Both the position numbers and the translations under genes were made by a program. The notes beneath the pieces are model-generated. The model was not told the origin of the DNA, ran no database searches, and worked only from the letters and a program-made list of their open reading frames with translations. A DNA stretch of 64,000 bases from Chrysomallon squamiferum. Taxonomy: Eukaryota; Animalia; Mollusca. Where the stretch lies: the NCBI GenBank assembly GCA_012295275.1, contig CM022671.1:17856001-17920000 (forward strand). Direction: 5' to 3'. Shown here piece by piece: positions 52,626 to 64,000 of this stretch (position 1 is its first letter; every line of letters starts with the position of its first letter).

Positions 52626-54719
52626 ACAGCAGACAGCTCATCAAAGAACATAATCTGAAAAAATTGTAATTTCTGACAGTTCCTGGCCATTTTGTGACAG
52701 CAGTTATTAAATTTCGGAAAATGATTAATCTGAAGTAAAACTAGTCCAATTAACTGCTAGATAATAATGTAATGATAACAATGATGGCAATGATAATTAT
52801 AATAATAATAATATAATGAAATAATAGTACAAAATAATGAAGTTAATGGTCATTTTCTTTACATAATGGAAAGAATAATTTGAAAAAATAACGATGTTAA
52901 CAGCATTTTTCATCACACAGTGGAAATAAGAACATTACTTTTCTTTACAGAATGGAAACAGTGATTAGAAAATAATGATGTAAATGAAAATCATTATTAT
53001 TCAGTTACAGCCTAAAGTAAGAAATTTCTGTGATATATATATATATACACACACACAGAAAAATTTGGTCATTGCATCATCATATCTGTTAGACAAGATT
53101 TTCTCTGAAATAGTTAACATTAACCAAACATTAAAAAAAAATGTATCTGTTATTTATTACAGCTAATCACAAAAAATTGATCCTCATAAAAATTGTTTAC
53201 ACATGTGTATGTGTTTTTGTGATTATTATTATTTTAATGGCTGATAAAGAAAACTCAGGCAATGTTACTGATGATCACTTAATCTGAGATTGCTAAATTT
53301 TATATAAAAGCCATTTTACACGTATTTTTAAAGTGCTATCTGAGAAGAAAAAAAAAATATTAATAATAAATAATAATAAAAATAAATAAATATATAATAA
53401 AAATAATAATATATAAATAAATAAATAAATAAATAAAAACAATAATAGTAACAATAATAATAATAATAAAATCCTGTAACACCAGTAAAACATAGTAGGT
53501 ATGTTATAAGATGTAAATTGTGATAAAGTCTGGATTATTCTCAGTGTAAAGTTTATACCAGCTGAACAATTAAAACTAAATCTTTTGTCACTATTTCAGT
53601 AACTGCATTATGTAAGTAAATCTTTTGTCACTATTTTAGTAACTGCATCATGTAAGTAAGCAGGTCATGATCCTGTTTTATGTGTCCAGGTTTTTTTGCC
53701 TGAATAACTAATTAATAAATGACTATTGAAATAAACTCTGTTGTTGGAACCATGCCCATCTAGCATTACCTCTGTGGTTAAGGCATTGAATTAAAATTTG
53801 GGAGGTGGAGGGGTTAAATCCTCATACTGACTCGAAACCAAAACCAACCAGAAACAGAGGCTTCCAGTATTTGTCTGTTTAAAAAACACAAACACAAACA
53901 AATATGCTTCATTGGAGTTTGCTCTTTTTAATAAATAATTTCATAACTAAAACCTAAAACTTATTTTCTGCAAGTACAAATGCATGAATGAATGATTTAA
54001 ATAAAAAAAGGAGATATACCTCAGTAGATTTACATTTCAGTGATCATTAGATATTATTAATAGTATTATATTTTCTGAGAGAGACAAAAAATTAGCAGTA
54101 AGGAATCTTTTATTTGCACCTTCTCACAAACAGAGAAGAACATGTAATTATCTGTTTATAAACTAACAAACATATGGCACGTACTGGCAGACAGATTCTG
54201 AAATATATCACAATCTAACAAGTTGTTTCACAAATAAGTATGAGAAAAGAAACAGCCCAACATGTACACCAAGCAGGGTTTATCCTCACAACCGTTACAT
54301 CTCAAACTTCTTTTTTTTCCAACCACCAAAGTACTAAGAACTGTTAACAACTATTCCCAGACAAACAGGTTTGATTTACATTCCAGTGACTCTCATAATC
54401 AATAATAACATCTTGTAACATAATATGGTAAGTGTGGGCAGATGTGATTATTGTAATGTTTCAAAGAAAAATCTTCATACAGAAATAATTTTGCCGACAT
54501 GCAGCAGTTTAATTCACTTCTCCAGTCTTACTGACATACACTAACTTTGCTGGGCTTAGGTGATTTCCTCAGACACATTTATTTATGCAGTTATAGCTTG
54601 TAAATATATATAAATTTATTGCACACAATTTACGAACATGCATTTTCCCACAGAAGTTGAAAAGAAAATTAAAATTGATTAGTTTCACAATTTTTTGTTT
54701 AGGTAACTATTTAGACTTT

Positions 54720-55330
54720 CTATTAAACTTGTGAGCAAGTGTTATTAATACAGTCTGAAGAAATATTGTTTTATATTCTTCTAGCACTTGTGAGCCAGAT
54801 TTATGCAGTCAGTATTTACAAACAATCTATGAAGCTTGTTATGAAAAGCTTGTAAATATTTCAAACAATTTCAGACCAAGTCTTTTGTGTTGTTTAATGT
54901 GTAATCATAGTATTTATGGTTCTACTAAAACTTGTGAACAAGTTTTTACATGTTCCTCATCTGGTAAAGACATATTTGCTTGTACATTCTAAGAGAACAT
55001 GCGCAAAAGCATTTGTACAAGTATTTATACATTCTCTCAAACTGGTGAATAAGCATTTTTGAAATATATCAATTTACGAACAAGCGTTTTAAAAATTCTA
55101 CCAATTAGTGAAAAACAAACAAACAAAAAAGCCCCATTCTTTTACATTCTGCTCTCTATGTTAATAACCATATGTACATTATGACAAGCATTTTTACAGT
55201 CTGTCAGTTTGTGAACAAGCTTTTTTTATATTCTATCAATCTGGGAAACAGATTTTTTACATTCTACTTAAATTGTTAACAAGTATTTTTACATTCTACT
55301 CATTCTACTAAATAACTTGTTCACAAGATT
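54720..55330. repeat. Highly degenerate minisatellite
   Basis: Recurring TTGTGA(A/G)CAAG..TTTTTACATTCTA motifs. Confidence 0.6.
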
Positions 55331-55729
55331 AAAACAGCTTTCATTTCACAAGCGCTTATACATGCTACACAAGCCATGATCACATTTTTTTTTCGTTTCA
55401 TCTTTAAAACGTTCTGACCAATTTGAAAAGGAGCTGCAAGTCAGCCATAATGTCCATGTACAATGAATAAAAAAGCCATCAAGATGCAGTTAAAAGAGTT
55501 TTTCAATGAAAAGTGAAGACCATTAAAGTCATTTGGCGAGCAAACTCATAAAGACACGTAAAAAAATCTATCAGCAGTTTAGTATGGGTGAGAATGAGGT
55601 TGGATCTGATCAAGAGAACTATTGCCTGTCAAAGGAGAAATTTCAGAAGAATGCTAAACCCCAGTCTTAGAGAGAATAAATGAAAGGAACACATCAAAAG
55701 AATAAGCAGTTATATCCACCTAAAATACT

Positions 55730-56150
55730 CCATTTATAAAAAGTCTTTATATCTTTTTAATATCAAGTTTTTATTACTGATTATCAAACTGATTTTATCT
55801 TCTTATACTGAATTTTGTTACTCTGATTATAAAACTTTATGTATATGATATTTTTGTTATTCTGATTATAAAACTTTATATCTTTTTACATCAGTTTTTT
55901 TTTATTCTGATTATAAAACTGTTAATATCTTTTTACATCAGGTTTTTGTTATTCTGATTATAAAAGTGTTTAAATCTTTTTATATCACATTTTTGTTATT
56001 CTGATTTGAAAACTGTTAATATCTTTTTACACCAGGTTTTTGTTACTTTGATTATAAAACTGTTCATATCTTTTTATATCACATTTGTTATTCTGACTAT
56101 AAAACTGTTCATTTCTTTTTATACTGAGTTTTTATTATTCTGGTTTTAAA
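55730..56150. repeat. ~39-bp minisatellite (~10 copies)
   Basis: TTATTCTGATTATAAAACTGTTAATATCTTTTTACATCAGGTTTTTG. Confidence 0.88.
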
Positions 56151-56324
56151 ATCATTCTGTCAGATCTGAGTTATGATGTTCTAATGTAGTGGAATGTTAT
56201 TTTGTTTGGTGGAATATGTTTGAAGTATTTACACACGCATGCATACACACACAAAAACCCATACACCCACAAATATACACAAACACATGCACTCCAAACA
56301 GCATGCACACACGCATGCACTCAT

Positions 56325-56365
<41 letters not shown>

Positions 56366-57215
56366 GACATGCAGATCTGCACATACACACAAAACAATTA
56401 ATTCAATGTTGTTTTTGAAACGGATACATTAACAAAAAGGGCAAAACACATATATCTGACATCTTACACCTCAAATCATCAACAGAATCCTTTTGAAACT
56501 TGTCAGATTACTAGATTTCCTTCAGCCATGGCATACTGAAAATAATACAGGAATACTACACACCTACTAACAGGTAAATTCATAGCCCGTGGTTTCTAGA
56601 TCAAAGCTTGTTGATGGACGAGATACCTGTTTTTCACTGACCCGAATCTGGCAGGCAAACATTAACACACAACAGAAGCCAAATATTTGAGAGATTTTTC
56701 ACAGAATGCATCTGGTACCATCATAACAGTATGCTGCTACCTACTTCACCATATTGTCTTGGCAATAAAAAAAAGAAACGATTCTTACCGTATATACTTC
56801 TAGTTTATACAAAGGATAAGTGAAAAAAAGAGCAGAAATTGGAAATGAAAACATGAAACAAAATAAACAACCTATTACTGTAATGAGCAAACAAAATTGC
56901 TTCATTTCCAAAACAAAGATTAAAAATAAAAGAAAAAGACAAAAACAAATAATCAGCAGATGTTGTAATAACCAGAATACCTGATTAAAAAAAAATATCT
57001 TCTTTATTTTCTTTTTTTCTTTTTTGGTTCACAAAGAAATGAATGAAACAAAAATTAGCCAACTGATGAAAACAGTTTTTTGTTATGACAGATTGAAGGA
57101 TTAAATATGTATGAATGTTTTGGGGGTAATTTCCCATTCCAAACCATACCCATGACTAGTTTATCCTGAGAAAGAAAACATTAAAGATCCCTTACTGCTG
57201 ATCCAAAAAACTAAC

Positions 57216-57251
<36 letters not shown>

Positions 57252-58331
57252 ATATATATATATTATTATTCTGATTCTTAAACTGTTTAAACTGAATGAA
57301 CACACACACATACCAGCAAGGCATTCTTTTCTAAAATTATTTGACATAAACAAAATGTCTGAAATCTAATTTTTAATAATAAAAGCTGTGGAGATATCAT
57401 CAATACTGTCAGTATTTTCACAAACTGGTTTATCCCCCTTTTTTTTTCTTTTTTATTATGCTGCATAAATGAAATTTAAAAAGATTTCAAAATTTGACTG
57501 AACAAATGCTTGTATCAACATAAAGGATTTCTAAACTGAACAAGAACAAATAATAATAATAAGAATAATAATAATAAGAAGAAGAAGAAGAAGAAGAAGA
57601 AGAATAGAAAGAGCTGATCATAAAATATTTTATTATATTTTGGCAGAAAAAAGAAAAAACAAAAGAAAATGGGATAAGCCACTTTGTGAAAAAGGGGACA
57701 GTTCATTTTTTTTCAAGATATGTGTACAGCATTATTTATTTATTTAAATCTATCTCTCTCTTTTATTTTATTTTATCCTTTTTTATTTTTTATTTCTTTG
57801 TTCCAACTTATTTTCTTCTCTTTTCATTAAAAACCTGTTCCATAAATAAATGCAATACAACCTTTAATTTGTTACATAACAAAAATATCAGTCCCATAAC
57901 AGCAGTATTTTACTTTTCCAAATCATTTAAATTCTTAGAATCAATATTATGTATGTGAACATATTCCCTGGACGATGATTTCAAGTATCTATGACTACCT
58001 TTCAAATATGTTTACTATTATTGTAGAAATTAAAGTTGACACATAATTTTACACACAGTGGTTCTGAGTCAGTTTGGTCCGACATTCTGAGGTAACACAT
58101 GAAATAGGGAATCTTTGGTCTTTTGAATGTAATAATGGTGGTGGAAGTAGTAGTGGTAGCAGCAGTAGTAACAAATGTAGATGTTGTAGTAGTAGTAGTA
58201 GTAGTAGTAGCAGCAGTAGTAGTAGTAGTAGTAGCAGCAGCAGCAGCAGAAGTAGTAGTAGAAGTTGCAGTAGTAATGATGATGATGATATTAATAAGGT
58301 TCTGTTTATGGAAATAAGTAATAAACAAACC

Positions 58332-58367
<36 letters not shown>

Positions 58368-58865
58368 GTAACAAGAAAAAATGGATTTTGTATTGATTTC
58401 TGGCATTGCTAAATGTAAATAACAAAAAAGGTGATGACAATGACATGATGATGATGAATGACTGTACACTCAGAAGTAAAACCAGTATTTTACATGTATC
58501 TTTGAAAACTCATACATTTTCTTTTTATCTTAAATCATTTCTGAATGCAGAAATTTCAACCATTCATAGAAAACACTATTTACCTTCAACATAGGAGAAA
58601 CAAAATAAAAAAAGCAGTTCAAAAAAAAAAAACAGCCTTTCTTACATCAATTATATTGTACTGCCAGAAATGTTAAGACATTTCAAAGATTGCTGCCGAC
58701 AAGAATAGATCCTATTACATTTCAGACACCAGACAAGAACTACACCACTGAATAATCAGCCTTGGTTTTGGAGCAAAGAGCAACAGTTTAAGGGTTTCTA
58801 GAGGGAATAAAGCATCTTATTATTTTTCAGACACCAGACAAGAGCTACACTGGTGAATGAAATCT

Positions 58866-59920
58866 TGATCTGTTTTGAGTGTCATTCTGTTTTACACACA
58901 CTCTCAAAGATGCTGTGATGTAATATAATGTTTGATGTAGTTGACAGGCTGGCATGACACTGTGTTCACTAAAAATATATTGTTACCAGCTGTCTAGTGC
59001 TTCAGGTTTCTTCTTCATGCACTGCTGTGAGTGGTTTCATTGTCTGTTGTGATATATTACCATCACAAACATTTTAACATGAATGAGATAAAAGAGAAAG
59101 ATTAATTTTCATTCCCTGTATTTAAAAAAAATAAAAATTAAATTAAATTAAATAATAAATAATAAATAAACATTTAAACTATGTAATGTTTTTTTTTTTT
59201 TTTTTTTTTTTTTTAGAACCTGTATTCTTTATCTGTTCTGCATATCTCAGGTTTTCTTTTTCAGTGTTTTTCTTTCACAGCATATGACTCTTTAAGAGAA
59301 AACCACAGCCATTACTGTATAACATATTGGTTTGGAACAAAAGTTCTTAGCATATTTCAAGTGAATTTCAAGGATAATATTTGTACATATATTTAATTCA
59401 CCTTTCAGAATGTGTATGCATGTCACACAGTTCAGCCATCTGTAGAACAAAATCACGTCCTCAAACAACACCTATAGAAAACAAACTGCTACAAACTTTT
59501 GCTCCATCCAATTATGAAATATGTCTCATTCCATATATACACACACACACACACCTGGTTATAAATGTATTATTATCAATGACCAGCAAGGGTTCTTTTA
59601 TAAATGCCTCAACATGGTATAAAAACTTCTCCAATCTTTAAAACATACATCACAGAAGAGTGACAGTGTCTGAAAACGGTTCAAAGGTCAGCAGTAAGGA
59701 GACAAGATCTTGTTACCTATCATACATCAGGATGCAGGTCTGCTTCTGAGCTAAAACATGATCTGTTTTGAGTGTCATTCTCTTTTACACACACTCTCAC
59801 ACACACACTGTGACATGTAATATAATGTTTGATGTAGTTGACAGGCTGGCACGACACTGTAGTCACTGAAACATATAGTTTTACCAGTCGTCTACTGCTT
59901 CAGGTTTCTTATTCATGCAC
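58866..59920. repeat. ~165-bp direct repeat pair (58866-59030 and 59759-59920)
   Basis: TGATCTGTTTTGAGTGTCATTCT..TAATATAATGTTTGATGTAGTTGACAGGCTGGCA..GCTTCAGGTTTCTT..TTCATGCAC occurs twice. Confidence 0.9.
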
Positions 59921-60198
59921 GTCTGTGAATGAAACTGTTGTTTGTTGTGCAATAAATCATTATGAAAATTTCATCAGTTAAAACATCTACTTTATTCCAG
60001 ATAAACAGAGAAATGTATCCATAAAAGAATGAAGGAAAGAAAGAAAGAAAGAAAAAAAAAAAACTGAAAAGAAACCTTATAAATAAGTTAAAATAAATGT
60101 TTAAATAAAATTTCAAATCAAATAAAGTGTTTTTCTGACATACATAACATTTATTTCCATATGATTTCATCTAAAAGCCATAGTCTGTTTATATATAA

Positions 60199-60255
<57 letters not shown>

Positions 60256-60838
60256 ATTGTTATGTTGTTTTCTTAATTTCGCTTCCATTTTCTGAAAGAA
60301 ACTTTCTTGCATAAACAATGATTCTGAACAAAACATGCACATGAACAGTCAATCAATGAAAGCATGCCAAAAAAAAAAAAAACAGAAAAAAAACCCAAAA
60401 GAATAAAATCATTTCCCACACACAGTTTCATGCAGAAACAACACAAAGTGTGTTGATGTTTAGTGGTCTGTGACACATCTGCATACACACACCATTTTGT
60501 TTTTCACTCCATGCAGCAGATACTATTTCCCATTCTACCATTCAGAATAAACTCTGTGTACAGCCTTCTGTTGGCAAGAATGTTTTCATAACATTTCTTC
60601 TTTAAATATAATATAAAACATTTTTTTTTTTTTTTTTTTTAGTAATCACCTTGGATTTACAGACATGTTTCTATTTTTTGTTTTTGTTTGAAGCAGATGT
60701 TCCTCAGATGTGTATGATAGTGTGTTTTGATAATGGTATCAGACTAATATTTATACCATATTTTATCATATAAAAAAAAAGCACCATTTGTTTATTTATT
60801 TATTATTATTATTATTATTATTTCATCTTTTTTCATTC

Positions 60839-60875
<37 letters not shown>

Positions 60876-61130
60876 ATATTACTTCATCACATGATGCATG
60901 ATAGCAAGCAGGAACAAGTTTCCTTGTTGTATTCATGGGTCTGTTCCCCAGTCCAACCAGTGCCCCAACACTGACGTATCAAAAGTAGAAAAATATTCTT
61001 TCCTGTCTATGGAAAGGTCCTAAATAGAGCACTTGTTGCTAAGATTAACATTAGTATTCAAACAAAAATGCTTTATATGTGATAACATTAATATTTAAAT
61101 GAACTGAATTAATGCTAAATAATAATAATA

Positions 61131-61199
<69 letters not shown>

Positions 61200-61939
61200 A
61201 ATAATATATATAATAAAATTTAAATTTTTCAAACAGTAATACTGAAATAGTTTGTGTCCAAAGGATTTTAAAATTAAATCACTATAATACATGTATAAAT
61301 TCAGTTTATTTGTATTCATACAAATTGTAAATGGTATAGCTATATATATATATATATAAATTAAATTCTCATTTGTGTGTGTGTTTAAACTGTTTCCTAA
61401 AATTTTAAATAAAATAATTATATCTTTTAGAATGTTTTTTAATGGATAAATGAGCATTAATGAAACACTCTTCCACCAGGATTTTAAATAAAATTATTAA
61501 TATATCTTTCAGAATGTTTTATAAATGTTGTTTTAATTGTGAGTCTTCCCTCAGATCTCTTCCGATGCACCATATTTCTCAATATTTTCATATACATTTT
61601 ACACAAGGAATTTTAAAGTAAATATTAATCATATTCGGATGCGACAATGTAACTATCTCTATGCATATTCGAATATATTTTGCATGAAAGATTTCAAATC
61701 AAGTATTTCCTTAGTTAATAACTGCCTTTAGCTTTTTTCCAATTTTTTTTTCCATTTTATTATTTTTTTTAATGAAAAAAAAAAGAATTGGTGTCAATTG
61801 GAAACAAGCTTAGCCTGAAGGAGATATTTGACTGACACCCTCCTCCTCTCTGCCTCTCCCTCATCTGTCAGTCATCAATCAACATCATCATACACTGAAC
61901 AAAAGATATCAGGGACATGAATCCCACCAACACTGTTTA

Positions 61940-62450
61940 CTACAGAAAAACAATGGCAGACATTATTATACACATCTTCATGAATATTTTATCACAATAT
62001 ATTGAACAGAAATATTAGGGATCATGGAATTTATCAATTTATAAACTTAATCATTATAAACTGAGTGACCAGATAATATATCAATCTGGCAACATTAATA
62101 CAGCAGACATTGTGTACCATAGAAACATAATGGCAAACACTTCTACACCCATCTTAATTAATCTATATTAATGTGGAAACATTATTACTACAAACATTAA
62201 TATTATAAACATTATATATTATAGAAAAATAATGGCCAACACTGCTATATACATCTTAATTAATCTAAATTAATCTGGAAACATTAATACTATGAACATT
62301 ATATACTTCAGAAAAACAATGGCAAACATGGACTTCATTACTTTATTATTATACATATCTTCAACAATACTGTTATCATAATACACAGAATCTTTTTTTT
62401 TTTTTATAAAATAGGGATCATAGAGTTTATTAATTTATTCACTTCATCAT
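61940..62450. repeat. Degenerate ~95-bp tandem repeat and duplication
   Basis: AGAAAAACAATGGCA(G/A)ACA and ATCTGGAAACATTAATAC recur 3-4 times. Confidence 0.65.
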
Positions 62451-63621
62451 CAAAATTTAAAGGATTAAATTAAAGTGTTTGTGGCATACTGTAAAATGAA
62501 ACTAGAAATTTTAGATCTCATCAATAAAAGTTAATCTCAGTTTCCATGATCAACATCAATTTATGTATGCATTTTAAACATCAGTTTATAATTACATATA
62601 TCAGCAACAACACTTTTTTATACACACCATCAATAATATTCTGTCATAATATACTGAACAAAATTATTTAGGCAGCATTAACCTATTCAACATTACTTTT
62701 AATATATTCAGAATTTAATTTTTTTTTTTTTGGATATTGTCAATGTAACTTTACTTGATGCTGATAATACTGGATAATTGATATCATCTATAAAAAAATA
62801 AGTCATACGAATAAAATGAATTACAGATTAAGGACTTCATGAAACAATTTTTTTCACTGTAAAGTGAACAGGCAAAAATATATTAAAAGAATAGACAGCG
62901 TAGAAATCTTCCACATAACTATATATTATACTGTATTAAACAAAACTTTACTATTAGGGAATAGTTGTTCACTTAATGCTGATAATACTGGATAATTGTT
63001 ACACAAATAAAGACATATAATTCTGTACTGACAGTACATTCTGGTCCACAAAAATAATCTATATTTTCACATCAGTGATTCAAAATCCAATGGTTAAGTA
63101 TTTTTGTTTCATACTTGACATGATCCCTAACTTTTTTGGTCAGTATAATCAGGTGAAATTTAATCTTTGAAAAATAATAGCATTTTAGTGAAATGTTACC
63201 AGTATTAAAATTAGTATGGCTTATTGAACTCAATCTCTTTATACTTCTTGTTTTAGGATAATTGTACAGCACTGATTTAAGATTCCCTGATCTTAACATT
63301 ACCATACAAAACTCTGGGGCTACAGAAATTTTAAAAATAAAAAGTTATCACTGGCAGAACATAAGCAGACTAACACTAGAGGCACATTGTTACTGATTAT
63401 TATGATTGGACAAATAAGTTGGGGGAAAAAAACACGTAGTAAAATATTTTCTGAAATGTGAGTTGTTGATTAACTTTTCCTTCAGGCTGGTTTAAGTCAC
63501 TGGAGTTATAATGATTGTACTGAAAATGTGAATGTTATGTTTCGTCAAATAGATGTTTCTTTAGAATGTTTTATACTTAGGTCAGAAACATACACTAGCA
63601 CAAATACATGTATGTATTCAA

Positions 63622-63660
<39 letters not shown>

Positions 63661-64000
63661 AAAAGGGGGTTGAATGAGAAGAAAAAACATCATGCAGAGA
63701 TTTTTACATATAAAAGATAGCTAAATAAAAATAAAAATATACATCCTGATTATGTTTGAACAAAAAATACTGAACAGAACAGATTAATATTTGTTTCAAC
63801 TAGTATCTTGCACAACATCCATCCAAAACAAACAAAATTACAGACAGCCAAAGTCAAACACAAGAGCCACTGTGAATTCGAAATTACTCAACAAATCAAA
63901 AAGCCATGATCTCTATTAATTTGTAATTATTTCTCCCCAACTGCTAGAGTGAGTTATCAGTCCTGTAAGTGCAATATTTCCCATTTATCATAAGCAGAGT

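Noticed and set aside
53760-53840. tRNA gene
   Set aside because: Only degenerate A/B-box-like sequence (GTGGTTAAGGC..GGTTAAATCC) with no cloverleaf; more likely a decayed SINE head.

Overview
AT-rich, microsatellite-dense eukaryotic (metazoan) genomic DNA. The SINE/MITE relics and protein sequences suggest a lophotrochozoan, probably a gastropod mollusc (inference). Three spliced genes can be reconstructed. (1) The 3' part of MON1 (Mon1-Ccz1 Rab7 GEF subunit), + strand, 6 exons, 1..6450. (2) A complete 12-exon SLC6 Na+/Cl- neurotransmitter transporter of the GAT-1 type, + strand, 16351..33886, about 640 aa. (3) The last three exons of RXYLT1/TMEM5 (ribitol-5-phosphate xylosyltransferase), - strand, 43163..45496; its upstream exons were not found in the window. 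Most listed ORFs are microsatellite artefacts. Notable points: single-base frame breaks in both MON1 and the SLC6 gene (the latter alternatively explained by a 46-nt GT-AG micro-intron); a 33-bp minisatellite that multiplies a MON1 splice donor; unusual substitutions in the SLC6 substrate and chloride sites; a ~450-nt AG-free zone containing a distant TACTAAC; a Tigger4/MER46-like MITE; a long intronic inverted repeat; and sharp CpG-rich/CpG-poor domains. I see no convincing evidence of a wholly new biological system.
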